From the NCBI GenBank assembly GCA_951406725.2, contig OX597839.1:29512001-29576000 (forward strand): 64,000 nucleotides of DNA, in the 5' to 3' direction. The DNA is from Octopus vulgaris. Lineage: Eukaryota. Made by a program: the position numbers and the translations under genes. The notes below the pieces were generated by a model that was not told where the DNA came from, did not search any database, and was given only the letters and a program-made list of their open reading frames with translations. Positions 13,135 to 27,366 of this stretch are shown piece after piece (the stretch's first letter is position 1; each line of letters opens with the position of its first letter).

Positions 13135-13468
13135 GGAGGTCGATTTTGCCTTTTATCGATAAAATATATCAGCTGATCACTGGAGTCGAAGTAATCGACC
13201 TTACCCCCCCCCCACTAAATTGCTGGCCTTGTGCCAGAGGTTTAAACCATTCTCATTACTATTAAGACGGAGTTGGCAGAATCATCGAGCCGGAAAAATT
13301 ACTCAGTGACATTTTGTCCGTCTTTATGCTTTGAGTTCAAATTCCGCCGAGGTCGACTTGGCCCTTTCAACACTTTCGGGGTCGATAAATTAAGTGCCGG
13401 TCAAGTAGTGGGGTCGATAAAACCGGCTAACCCTCAACTCCCAAAATTTCAGTAGTAGTAGAAAGGAC
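13135..13468 (+). mobile_element. Two adjacent Nin/Deu-like SINE copies (3' fragment plus degenerate full copy)
   Basis: GAGTTCAAATTCCGCCGAGGTCGAC...TTTCGGGGTCGATAAATTAAGT; matches 370-603. Confidence 0.8.
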
Positions 13469-13607
13469 TACTACTACTGCTGCTGCTACTGCTGCTACTG
13501 CTGCTACTACTACTACTCCTTGTGACTAAATAGGTTTCAGTCAGAGGAAACGTGATTTTAGCAATTACATATGCTTCACATATGCTTCAATATACTGTCA
13601 TTGTACT

Positions 13608-13609
<2 letters not shown>

Positions 13610-13663
<54 letters not shown>

Positions 13664-14990
13664 CGCACGCGCACATACGCACATGCGCACATACGCACAT
13701 GCGCACGCAGGTACGCACATATACAACACTGACACATACATATGCACTAAAGTCGACACTAACGCACATGCACATGACATATGCGCATGTGTGTGTGTGT
13801 GTGTGTGTGTGCATACACACACTCACATAATGATATATACACACACAGCGGCGTTGACACGTAGACGCATACCGCAACACAGGCAGAACATACCAACGCA
13901 CGCATACACAGTTAAATACTCGTACACACACACACGCACACACATCGATAGATCGGCACACACGCACACACATACACACGAAGCGACACAGAGACGCACA
14001 AACATACATACATACATATATATACGTACATACACTATGACACGAGCAAGCTCAGATAGAAAGACACGCTTCATTCCCCACACCACATTGCTACACCACC
14101 ACCTCCACCACCGCCGTCACTGCCACCACCACCACCACCACCTCCACCACCGCCGTCACTTCCACCACCACCACCACCACCACCACCACCACCACCACCA
14201 CCACCACCACCACCACCACCACCACCACCACCACCACCCACCACCACCACCACCACCACCACCACCACCCACCACCACCACCACCACCACCACCGCCGTC
14301 ACTGACCACCACCACCACCACCACCACCGCCGTCACTGCCACCACCAGCTCCGCCAACTTGCAGCCCTCATGCACACACACACACGCATACACACATACA
14401 TGCACGAACGTGCGCGCACTCACCCACATGCAATATGACATGATGTCACACAAAAGGCCCCACGCACACGCACATAGTTGCACACACAAACACACCTATA
14501 CACACACGCACAAAATCAAATACGCACACGCACACACTTGTAAAGTCGCACACGCATATAGTGAAGCACGCAAACACACATACGCGTGCTTAGTCACACA
14601 CATACACACACACACACAGTCACATACGTATATAGTGACGCACACAGACACACATACACGTTCAGACGATCTCATTCCCATACACAACGATACACACAAA
14701 GGCAAGATCTGCATAAACATACACACACACACACATGCATACCAACGCACACACACACACACATAGGATCAAACACACTCATACAAAGGCAAATTCACAT
14801 ACACTTGCAGACAGTGACACAGGCATACCATCACATACATACAATCACACACGCATATAGTGACATATACACAAACGCACACATAATCACACACACAAGT
14901 CAAACACACACTCACACGCACAAATTCAAACACGCTCATAGCAACACACACACACACGCACACACACACACGCACACACACACACACACT
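13610..14990. repeat. CA-rich cryptic repeat enclosing a (CCA)n tract at about 14093-14347
   Basis: Direct reading; the interrupting motif CCGCCGTCACT recurs four times in the (CCA)n tract. Confidence 0.9.
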
Positions 14991-15494
14991 TTTATAATTA
15001 CTGGTAGGAAGATGCAGAAAACGGTGAAATTAACAAAGCCATAAGTTGATTAAATAAAAAGCTGATAATCTAAGTCAGGATTAGATAGAATCGGAATGAC
15101 ATCATTGGATTAATAAGGATGAAGGACAAAGCCAGATTAAACACTAGGCAAGGGATTATCAAATCTGATAGATACGCCCAATTTAGACAAGCTAATTTCA
15201 TTGTTCAGTTAAATCTATATCGTGATTAGCGCCGAAATCAACTTCTTTCTTATCTTAAACCGCATGCACTTTATAGCTCTGCTTATTCATCAGGCGTTTA
15301 ACGATGATATTATACGCTGGATACGCGGGGTGGGGTTTTATCGAGCGAACATGTATCAATGGTTCACTGCTTCTTCGATGGCAAGGAAGATGGCAAGGGT
15401 GAGAGTCTGTTTGCGAAAGTTGTAGAGACGAAAGACGGCTAGGTATCTATTTTGTTTGAGACACTGGTTTACTGGCAATTCCACACCCACCACA

Positions 15495-15548
<54 letters not shown>

Positions 15549-15721
15549 TACTTGTATTCACACGTCTTTCTCTCTTTCACACGCTTGCTCCAGAAGAAAT
15601 CAGTTGTGCAAAACCATGGACAGCAATAGGCTCCGTCGGATTTTAAACATGGCCGACACACGTCGCATTTTATGATGTCATCTCTACGGCTTCACAAGCA
15701 GAAGATTGGACACCCACCACA

Positions 15722-16055
<334 letters not shown>

Positions 16056-16061
16056 CTGTTT

Positions 16062-16310
16062 TCCTTACTTATTTCATTAGACTGCAGCCATGCTGGGACT
16101 CCGCCTTGAGGAATTTTCCTCGAATGAATCGACCTCAGGACTTATTTATTTAAAACCTGGTACTTATTCCATCGGTCGCTTTCGCCGAACTGCCAAGTTA
16201 CACGGACGTAAACACTCCAGCATCAGTTGTCAAGCAATGGTGGGAACAAACACAGACCCAAAGATACACACACATGCACACACACAAACAAACACACATA
16301 CACATGCACA

Positions 16311-16352
<42 letters not shown>

Positions 16353-16486
16353 GATGGGGTTCTTTCAATTTCCGTCTAGCAAATCTCCTGACAAGGCTTT
16401 AAACGGCCCGTGGCTATTGTATTGGGATTGAACCCTAAACCACGTTGTTGGGAAGCAAACTTTTTACAAAACAGCCACTCCCGCGC
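16062..16486 (-). mobile_element. OR-type (CORE-like) SINE, degenerate, with internal (CA)n
   Basis: Reverse complement matches the head, internal microsatellite and tail of the 46994 and 36585 copies. Confidence 0.8.
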
Positions 16487-16495
16487 ATTTATATA

Positions 16496-16655
<160 letters not shown>

Positions 16656-17113
16656 CATATATACATAATTAAAATAAGGAAAATTTAAAATTCAAATTAA
16701 TGCTACGATCGTTTCCGTAAACTAATATTTTCTTTTAAACCACATTTACTGACATGTAATAAATACAATACCTGTAATCTTATAATAATTCTGCTTGTCA
16801 TTACGTTACTTAGCCCATCGGAACGGTTTCACGTGATTAGAGAGAGAGAGAAGTGTAATTGTAAGGCTTTCAAGTGATCATTTGAAGGGAAAGAGAGGAC
16901 AAAGAAAAAGAAGAGAGAAAAAGAGGATAAAGCGAAGAGTGAGAAAAAGAAGGAGAGAGAAGCGTCCATGAGGTGAGGTAAGGGGAACGTAATATTTATT
17001 ACGTGGTTTAAAAAGTTAGTTGAAGGTAGAGGAGTAAAGCTAAAAATATAATTGTAGCTGAGGCGGGATGTTCTGATGGTGAGGTTAAAGAAAGGCAGAG
17101 AGAAAGAGAGAGG

Positions 17114-17154
<41 letters not shown>

Positions 17155-17392
17155 GGGAGAGGGAGATGATAATGTTGGTGGTGGTGGTGATTGGTAAATG
17201 AAAAGTGTGTTTGTTTTTAAATTGAACTAAGTTTTTCATAAAGAAACAACACAGGTTACGCTTTCAGGTTTTGGGGATCAAGTTTTCAGAAATAACCCAA
17301 TAAGTTTACCATAAATTCCGTGAAATATTCACGGGTCCCGCTACTATACAACAAAATGAAATAAAATAAGATTATTGTTATAAATGCTTTTT

Positions 17393-17597
17393 AAGGCGGT
17401 CAGATGGCAGAATCGTTAGCACGCCGGGAAAAATACATTGTCGTATATCATCCGTTGTGAGTTCAAATTCTGCTGAGGTCGACTTTGCTTTTCATTCTTT
17501 TGGGGTCAATAAAAACAAGAGCACTCGGGTTGATGTAATCGTCTTACCTCACCGCTCAATAATTAGTGGCCTTGTACCAAATTTTGAAGCCCCTACT
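17393..17597 (+). mobile_element. Nin/Deu-like SINE, degenerate
   Basis: AAGGCGGTCAGATGGCAGAATCGTTAGCACGCCGGG...GAGTTCAAATTC..GAGGTCGACTTTGC. Confidence 0.85.
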
Positions 17598-17683
17598 AAT
17601 GTTCGTTTTCCCCGTCGGACATCGTTATTTGAAACAATCGACGTTAAAAACAAACGTGCAACGCAATCTATATATATATATAT

Positions 17684-17846
17684 ACCGGAGTAAACACATA
17701 AATGTGAAACAAGGTGGAAAAAAGAGTACTCAAATACCAGGGGTAGAGTAATATGCTTTATTTAAAAGCAGCAGAAAATTCAACAAAACCTGTTACTCTG
17801 AGTGAAACTGAGAGTAACAGGTTTTGTTGAATTTTCTGCTGCTTTA
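17684..17846. repeat. Short element ending in a perfect 35-bp inverted repeat; possibly a Penelope-like terminal-repeat remnant
   Basis: Arms 17765-17799 and 17811-17845 are exact reverse complements with an 11-nt loop; embedded in (TA)n. The Penelope assignment is inference. Confidence 0.6.
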
Positions 17847-17891
17847 TATATATATATATATATACAGGATGTCCCCAAATAAACATAGTAG

Positions 17892-17924
<33 letters not shown>

Positions 17925-18079
17925 CTTCATAGGCGTGTTGACTCGATACACACACATACACATCTGTATACTTACATATGTAATATGCATATGTATACAC
18001 TCACAAACACGTACACACATTTATACATGTATGTATATGTGTGTGTGTCTGCATATTTTCTGTTAACAGAGTGATTGGT

Positions 18080-18354
18080 AGTAATGCTCTACCAACGGTT
18101 TCGTGCTGACTCTCAGAAATTGCAGATTGATTAAAACCGACACAGCAGCCATCTTCGTTAAACTGATTTTCTTTACAACTTCCACAATCTCATTGGTCGC
18201 GTGCAACCAAAGGAGTCCACCTGGAAGGGATCCGATGTTTCTAACAAAACTTTATTTCTTTGCCTATGTTGTCCAATAAACTCAGCTGAGTTATCCTTAT
18301 CTTTCATTTTTTTCTGAAATATTTAAATCGTAAAGGTAATTTATGGACACCCTG
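18080..18354 (-). mobile_element. Tc1/mariner-type terminal fragment
   Basis: The minus strand begins CAGGGTGTCCATAAATT, a Tc1/mariner-like TIR start. A weak possible partner CAGGATGTCCCCAAAT lies at 17865. Confidence 0.4.
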
Positions 18355-18383
18355 TGCATAAATACATACATACATACATAAAT

Positions 18384-18454
<71 letters not shown>

Positions 18455-18459
18455 TAGGT

Positions 18460-18514
<55 letters not shown>

Positions 18515-18659
18515 AACACACAGACACACACACTTATATATAAGCATATGCATATATATATATATACATTCATACATACATATATATATACACAAGTGCA
18601 TACATACGTGCACACATACATAGGCAACTAAACTGAAACTGTGTTGAGTTTTTCCAAAC

Positions 18660-19150
18660 AGTATAACTAAAAAACACTAAGGTAAATTAAAAGATAGAAG
18701 CATGCAATTTTGTGTGTCAAAGGTCAATATATTCACCATTAGCAGTTATAATGAGTTCAAGAGGGACTCGCATGTCTGAGCATGCCCTCCTGCTCTCATC
18801 TCCATGGATAAGCCTGAGTCTCTTCCGCAGTCTTTATGACAGCGAAACAATACTTTAGTGGTGTGTTGCACTGGACTTGTCCTTAATGACGCTTCACAAT
18901 CAAAAGTCACGTGAAGTCAGATTTGGTGAGCAAAACAGCCGGACTTCATTGTGGATAAACGAGAGTTGAACATTCAAATAACCCTGCAGATGCTTTGAAC
19001 CGTTGGTTGGTGGAAGTTTTGGACGGCCAGGACTTCAGTTAGACGATAATGTTATATAAACCATGACATCAGAACTTTATCGTGAATGTTCACATTTCAA
19101 ATACTCAAATGTGTTTATCTTAAAATCTGCTTCGAAGATGACTTAGACAT
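18660..19150 (-). mobile_element. Internally deleted Tc1/mariner-like transposon remnant
   Basis: The minus strand has PGRPKL (HTH-linker-like) near 19020-19040 and RACSDMRVPLELIITANGEYIDL* (transposase C-terminus-like) near 18720-18790. Confidence 0.45.
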
Positions 19151-19211
19151 CAACAGTTTTGTCATTGATGAAGATTTTGCGATTGATGACTTGGTAGATA
19201 CAAGAGCCTCA

Positions 19212-19330
19212 AATTCTTGTTAGATTCATTAGTCTGGGGTGCCCGTGGCCATGCTGGGGCACCACCTTGAAGAATATTTAGTCGAATGAATCGATCCCAA
19301 TACGTTTTTAAAAAGCCCCCAGTACTTTGT
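19212..19330 (-). mobile_element. OR-type SINE 3' fragment
   Basis: GGCCATGCTGGGGCACCACCTT..AGTCGAATGAATCGATCCCA. Confidence 0.65.
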
Positions 19331-19486
19331 TTTTCGCAGTTCCTCATATACAGTACCCGCAGCGACCAGGAACATACCCGCAGGGACCAGGAACATACCC
19401 GCACCTTTATGGCTTGCTTCTAATTATCTGTGACAGCAAGTCAAACCACATGTAGGAACAAGCTTATACAAGACGCTAATGTAAAC

Positions 19487-19749
19487 CAGAGGTTCTCAGC
19501 CGGAGGGTTCATATGACCATTGGGGGTCTCACATAAAATTTTGTTGTTAAAATTTACGTGCAATAAACTGGTTACACGTCTACAACACACAAAATATTAA
19601 AAAACTTTTTCCATACAATTCCAAATAATATCTAATTATAAAATTACAGCAGGACTTTTTTTTTTATATCCATCAAATAGCTATGAGGATCCAGTAGAGT
19701 AAAATAGGAATCAGAAGGGTTCACAGGGAAAAGGGGGTTGAAAATGACT
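19487..19749. mobile_element. hAT (Charlie-like) MITE, degenerate
   Basis: Termini CAGAGGTTCTCAGCC / GGTTGAAAATGACTG resemble the CAGTGGTTCTCAACC TIR type; loosely similar 8-mers flank it (ATGTAAAC / GTGTAAGT). Confidence 0.55.
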
Positions 19750-19899
19750 GGTGTAAGTGGTGTAGGTTGTTAGAAACGATTTAAGTATGAAGTCGTTCGT
19801 GCGCAGGCGTCGAAGCGTTCTCACAGCCCGTTTTAAAGTTAATAGGGATGAGAAAGTCTCAAAGTATCTCAACTTCTGAAACCAAATAAAAGGTAGAAG

Positions 19900-19964
<65 letters not shown>

Positions 19965-20834
19965 TTCATTCATACATACTCGATGATGGATAAAGAAAAC
20001 GTTATGATGCTATATTTTAAACATATTTTTTTACTCAAAAGAGAAAAATAAAAGTAAATCACCGAATTTAATTACCCAGACAGGTCATCTGCATGAAAAG
20101 CAACAGGTAAGTCAGCGTTGACACATTTAATGTCTGAGCTTCGAAACTCCAATTATAATTACTCATGTGGTGAAGAAAATACAATATTATTTAAATATTA
20201 ATATTATTTGAATAATTTCAGTAATTAGGGGAGACAACTTCAGACCACTCAGGTCATTTGTCCTCCTCAGCGGAATAAAAACTAATGTCAAATATTCTAC
20301 AACTTGTCAGATTCCTTTGCATTTTATCCTCATTTAATGTTTCTCAATGTTATTTCCATCAACACGAAAAATATATTTATTGTGGTGTTTTATGGGTTTT
20401 TTTCTTTTCTTTTTTTTTATGCAGCTCTAATCTTCCTCTACAATGTTTATTTAACGTTTTTCAAATCTGAATAAATTTTACCTCTTTGCAGATATTTGAC
20501 GATGGAGTGTCAAGTAGGAAAACAACCACAAAAAAGATAGAAAAATGAAAAAAAAATAATAAAACGAACGAATTTATCTAATAACCAATTACCTACAAAT
20601 TATGTTGTCACTGCTTCGATAAGATTAATGAAGTCCATGCTTCTCTAAAAAGATCAACTCTCCTATGATCGAAACGCACGTGAAGTTGTCTCCCCTTTTT
20701 ACCAAATCTAAATAATAAAAGACATTCAATTAACGAGATTTCCTCTACCATCCATTTTCTTAAAATTAGGTATTTAATAGAGAGCACATTAAACATGCTA
20801 CCACTAACTCAATATGTTTTGTTTTTGTTGAGCG

Positions 20835-20838
20835 TATG

Positions 20839-20883
<45 letters not shown>

Positions 20884-21108
20884 GCACACACACAAACACA
20901 TACATAGATACAAATACACATATATGTACGAATCTCTCTCCCCCTGCATGTATATGTGTGTGTTTATATATATATATATATGTATGTATGTATACACACA
21001 CACACACATATATATATACATATACATACATATACGTACATATACGTACATATATATGCATACATATACATACACAAATATACACATCTCTCCATATATA
21101 TATATACG

Positions 21109-21140
<32 letters not shown>

Positions 21141-21146
21141 TATACA

Positions 21147-21208
<62 letters not shown>

Positions 21209-21347
21209 TAGGTACATAGAGAGGGAGGTGGGTAAGATGGCATCCATAGACAGACATCACGATCTATTTCCTATTTCTTTCTGTTGCCACGAGTAAGAGA
21301 GCTTCATGTTAATTCCCACTGAACATGTCGACATGGGAAGCATGACA

Positions 21348-21392
<45 letters not shown>

Positions 21393-21572
21393 CGAATGTG
21401 CGTACACACGCAGATACGCATACATATATGCACATATATATATATATACATACATTCACACTCACACACGCACACATACATATATACATACATATATACA
21501 TACATACGTACATACGTACATACATACGTACGTACGTACATACATACATACATACATACATACATACATACA

Positions 21573-21606
<34 letters not shown>

Positions 21607-21650
21607 CATACATACATATATACATACATATACGTGTGTATATGTGTGGG
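20835..21650. repeat. Compound microsatellites (CA)n/(TA)n/(TACA)n/(TG)n
   Basis: Direct reading. Confidence 0.95.
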
Positions 21651-21787
21651 TTCATGTGACTGCACAGTGGGATCATAAATTGCTCTTTCCAAGTGGCATC
21701 CAGTCTGAGATAACAATGCCAAATAGACAAATAATCAATTAAATATAAAGAACAAAACAAAAATACAGAAAACAGATGTATAAACAA

Positions 21788-21839
<52 letters not shown>

Positions 21840-22334
21840 AAAACCGTAGTTATGTAAACATATATATATATATATATATATGAATAAAATGGAGCAAAAA
21901 CCACGAACAGATATATATATATGTATATAACGAAAGTGAAATAAAATAAAGAATGTCATAAAAGAATGTCGTAGAATTGAGTACGATGTTTGATAAGGTT
22001 TCTGAGTGTAAGACATGTTTTGTACTGTTTTTAATCGGAGATAACGTCTCTCGGAGCGTGAAGTGAAAGCGAGGAGGAGATGACGTCAACGAGAGTGAAG
22101 TTAAAAAATATAGAGACGAATAAAAATTTAAAAAACTGAAAGGAAATAAATAAATGATAAGCATGAACACATGGAAACGAGGCCATAGCAGGATAGGAAT
22201 GCTGAGGTGAAATACTTAATTTATTAGAATTACTCTCTAATTGGAGATACATGAAGGTATGCATTCGATTTAATGACACGGTTTTGTCAAGTGAATCAAG
22301 GGAGATAACTCTGAAATCTAAATGAATTAAATGT

Positions 22335-22585
22335 TGGTTTGAAATTTTAGCACAAGACGAATAAGTTCGGGTGGGGAGTGAGAAGTCGATTTCATCTGGT
22401 ACTTATTTCATCTGGTACTTATTTCATCTGGTACTTATTTCATCTGGTACTTATTTTATCGACTCCAAAAGGATGAAAGACAAAGTTGAACTCAGCGGAA
22501 GTCGAACTCAGAAAATAAAAACGGACGAAATGCCGCTAAGCATTTTGTCCGGCGTGCTAACGATTCTACCCGCTAGCCGACTTAA
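22335..22585 (-). mobile_element. Nin/Deu-like SINE with internal 16-bp x4 tandem amplification
   Basis: Reverse-complement match to 370-603; ATTTCATCTGGTACTT is repeated four times at 22389-22452. Confidence 0.85.
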
Positions 22586-23559
22586 AATTAATTGAATATC
22601 GAATGCTTGTGATGATGGTTGTTTGGTGTTGGTGATGAAGTGAGGTATGGTTTGATGTATTAAGGTTAGGAGGTGAGTCGTCTTCTCTTTGGTCATCATC
22701 AAGGTGTAGCGATAACTCTGGACGTGTTTTGGTCTTATTGGCCCTCATCAGTGAAGTATAGCGTTCGCTGTATTGGGCAGATATTTGGTAAGTTAGAGAT
22801 GTATAAATTTTGGCTAAATGAACGTTGACAGATGTGGTAATTAAAATAATGACTTTATGAAACACCCAGGGCCACCTTTGTCATGAAAAGCATATAGCAA
22901 ACTGGCTGCTAACATGCATGTTATAGTATGACGTCAAATTTATTTTTATGAAATAAAACCACCATTAGCGTTGATGAATAAATCTGATCAGTGAAACTAA
23001 TGATATAAATTAATAGACGAGTAAGTTGTTGTTGTTGTTGTTGATGTTTTTGTTTTTGCTCTTGTATACCTCAGCTCATTCCTGACCGAGCTGTAGTTTT
23101 ATGTCCTTCTGGTTGTCAGCCGAACTGTGCACCCCACAGTAACACCATGTCTACTACAATACCACCCATATCTGCCGCAGTAACATTATATCTACTTTGT
23201 CTGCTACAGTAACATCACGTTTAATATCGTAACACTGTTTTACCACAACAACTACAACAGGAACACCGTGTTCTATGCAGTAACTTTGTGTCCGTGGCAG
23301 TAGAACCTCGTGTACCACACCAACACTATGTAACTTAAATAGATTGCATAATTCATACCTACTACGGGCGGTCAATCAGTAACCATAGCAACCGATCTCA
23401 GTATCGAACGAAGCTACGTGCCATCCTTGAACTAAGACTCACCAATCAAGTCCTGGTATTTAATTTTCTTCAATATCAAATTGAAAATATCAAATCAGTC
23501 CTCACGATCCATTATGAGTTCAGTCACCATAATAGTTTCTGCTGTTGTATGGAACTTTA

Positions 23560-23771
23560 CGAAGGAGTACCAAAAAGTACTTTCGCTAAAAGTAGTTGCG
23601 GGAGGATCAGTGAATTATGATTTTATCCAACATATTCCCCTCTCAGATTCACACACTTATTGCAGTGGTCCTTCAGTTTTTCTAAGCCCCGTCAAAAGAA
23701 CTGGGAATGTTGGGCCTCCCAACATGCTTTCGCGATACCCTTAAAGCTAGGAACTTTTCAGCATCCACCCG
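23560..23771 (-). mobile_element. Mariner-derived MITE, copy 3
   Basis: Reverse complement of the 8186/8405 elements; TA on both sides (23558-23559, 23772-23773). Confidence 0.8.
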
Positions 23772-24535
23772 TATTTCGACGGAGCGATGTTACTGCGCAC
23801 GAGTTTTTTCCATTCAGCATTAGCAGAAACATCCTTGTTCATCAAGTCTTCTATTCAACCAGGTTTGTGCTGGGGTTAAATACCAATTGCGACAAAAGCA
23901 TCAACTGAAAGAGAACCGTCGAACACTCCATCGATAGTCTGATATTGTGTCTATTGGTCGGCACAAAAAGTGCAGAAGGCTTATATTCCAGCTCTGCAAC
24001 TTACAGATAAACCTGGCTACATGCTCTACTCCACCAAATTCCGTTAAAACTAATATCCTTGTGTGTACATGCACAAATGCATCGTCTGCCTGCAGGCAAC
24101 AGCTTCTATATATGTACATGTACTTACTACATACATACTTACATATTTATGCATTCGTGTATTTCTCTCTATATATATACGCATGCACATGCACACATGT
24201 ATGCATCAGTGTACACACACACACACACACTCACACATACACACACATACACACATACACACACATATATATATATATATCAGTGGGCATGTATAAGCAT
24301 AAATGCAAAAACAGGTTTACTCAAAGATGTGTGTGCGTATTTTTGTGTTTGCATGAGCATATATATGTGTATGTGTATGTGTATGTGTATGTATGTACGT
24401 AAGCATAGGTATGCATTTATGCATGTGTGTACACACGTACACGCATATATATATATATAGTGTATGTATAAGTGTATTTGTATATATGTATATATATATG
24501 TGTGTATATAAATATGCATATATATATATATAGAT

Positions 24536-24588
<53 letters not shown>

Positions 24589-24867
24589 CACACATGCATA
24601 CATATATACATATGCATATTGTTGTTTGTAAGTGTGTATGTTTAATATTCAGCTTTGTGGAATTAATACGATGCATGCAAGCATAAACGTCACAGGTAGC
24701 TTATAAAATTAAGTGGCTTTAAAATGGCCGTTACGTTAATCCCCACTCTTAGCGGGAGAGACCCGAGTAATCAGTGTTTGAAGTCAACTCCTCACCTTCA
24801 AACACATATCTGTTGAAGCAGTAGTGACATGTCAGAGGAAAGTAAGTTGGCATAGTTCACAACTGCT

Positions 24868-25580
<713 letters not shown>

Positions 25581-25894
25581 AATTGTTTATTGTAGCTTAT
25601 TTTATACATACCTAAGTGCCTCTCTCACTCACTCACACACACTCTCTCTAACTATTACTCTATCTACTTATCTACCAATATAGCCGTGTGACTATGAGTT
25701 CGTGTATTTACTTGCAAAAGCCTGTAAAAGATGCTTTCCTTAGCTGAGAAACAAAGATCACATCATCCGGGTAATTAATATATGGGACACTTGTTATATA
25801 ATGGACCAACTGGTTTTATCATTGCTGATATAATCATCCTTTAAATTCCACATACATTTGGAGAATGAAGTGATGGGGAGTCTTTCTGGGTGCC

Positions 25895-26084
25895 TGTATG
25901 TATGTATGTATGTATGTATGTATGTATGTATGTATGTATGTATGTATGTATGTATGTATGTATGTATGTATGTATGTATGTATGTATGTATGTATGTATG
26001 TATGTATGTATGTATGTATGTATGTATGTATGTATGTATGTATGTATGTATGTATGCATGTATCTATATATGTATGTATGTATC

Positions 26085-26118
<34 letters not shown>

Positions 26119-26136
26119 TGTATGTATGCATGTATC

Positions 26137-26170
<34 letters not shown>

Positions 26171-26172
26171 TC

Positions 26173-26206
<34 letters not shown>

Positions 26207-26230
26207 TGTATGTATGTGTGTATGTATGCA
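25895..26230. repeat. (TATG)n microsatellite with recurring TATCTATA interruptions
   Basis: Direct reading. Confidence 0.95.
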
Positions 26231-26899
26231 TGCGCTTCAAAAAAGAATTTTTTAAAAGAATTTTCAATTAGACCCAGCAAAAGTAATATGCAAGATACAA
26301 TCCATCGAGAAACAACCAGAACATTCAAAGTATATTATTATACACAACACTTTCGCTCGTTTTGCAATATTCCCAGAAAAAGACCCAATGTTTCTGTCAG
26401 AGTACATTTGGGTCATAAAGGAATAATATAAATATAAAATAATCTACAATAAACAATTTCAAAAAGTGACCATTCCGCCCATTTTGTTTGAGGAAAGTGC
26501 ATTTAAGACTGTATAATATTTTTTCTTAATCAAGGCAGGTTTTGTACTGTTTTATTTGAAGGAGAATTGGCTCTTATTTCTAACAGATCGAGCGATCGCA
26601 ATGACACCACTTTATAGCTCTGGAATATGAAGTGGGCACTAATGTTTTGAGCAGGACCCTTTTTGAACAGTAGTTCCCGTTCGAAGGGTTAGATTTCTCT
26701 GTTCTATGTCAGGATACTACCCCCTACTCTGGTTATTTCCCAAACTTTGTGTTTGTTGACATTCATTAAGGTATAACAACGTAAAAATATCCAATGTAAA
26801 ATACGACTGGGTCCTTAGTAGTAACGCAAAGAATTCCGTGGGAGTCCATAATAATAAAGAAAAAAACAAAAAAATAATCCGAAGGCTTCTGTAATAACG

Positions 26900-27106
26900 G
26901 TTTCAAATTTTTCCACAAGGACAGTCATTTTGGGGGGAGAGGACGCGTCGATTACATCGGCTCTAGTGTTTAACTGATACTTGTTTTATCGACCCCGAAA
27001 GGATGACAGGCAAAGTCGACCTGGGCGGAATTTGAACTCAGAATGTAGCGACGTGCAAAATACCGCTAAGCATTCCATCCAGCGTGCTAACGCTTCTGCC
27101 AGCAAG
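26900..27106 (-). mobile_element. Nin/Deu-like SINE
   Basis: TATCGACCCCGAAAGGATGACAGGCAAAGTCGACCTGGGCGGAATTTGAACTCAGAA...GTGCTAACGCTTCTGCCAGC. Confidence 0.85.
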
Positions 27107-27366
27107 TGGCGCCGTAGTTATATAAAAAAGAAAAATAGTTCTTTATGTGGATGCATAATAACGAAAAAAAAAAATGAATGTTTGAGTAGACAACTAACAA
27201 GGAAAAACCTCTGAGTAATTATGAAATGCTCTGAGGGACTCCCTATTAATTATAAGAATTCTGAATGAGTTCGTGATTACGTAAAAATTCTGACTGATTC
27301 CATAATGTCAAGGAAAGGCGGATTCAACCAAGTCTGCGAAAATATTAGACAGGGCTCGTAATAATG

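Noticed and set aside
13683-14438. 251-aa poly-His ORF
   Set aside because: Translation of (CA)n and (CCA)n repeats.
22389-22452. Regular direct repeats suggesting a CRISPR array
   Set aside because: No spacers, no cas genes, eukaryotic context; it is a tandem repeat within a SINE.
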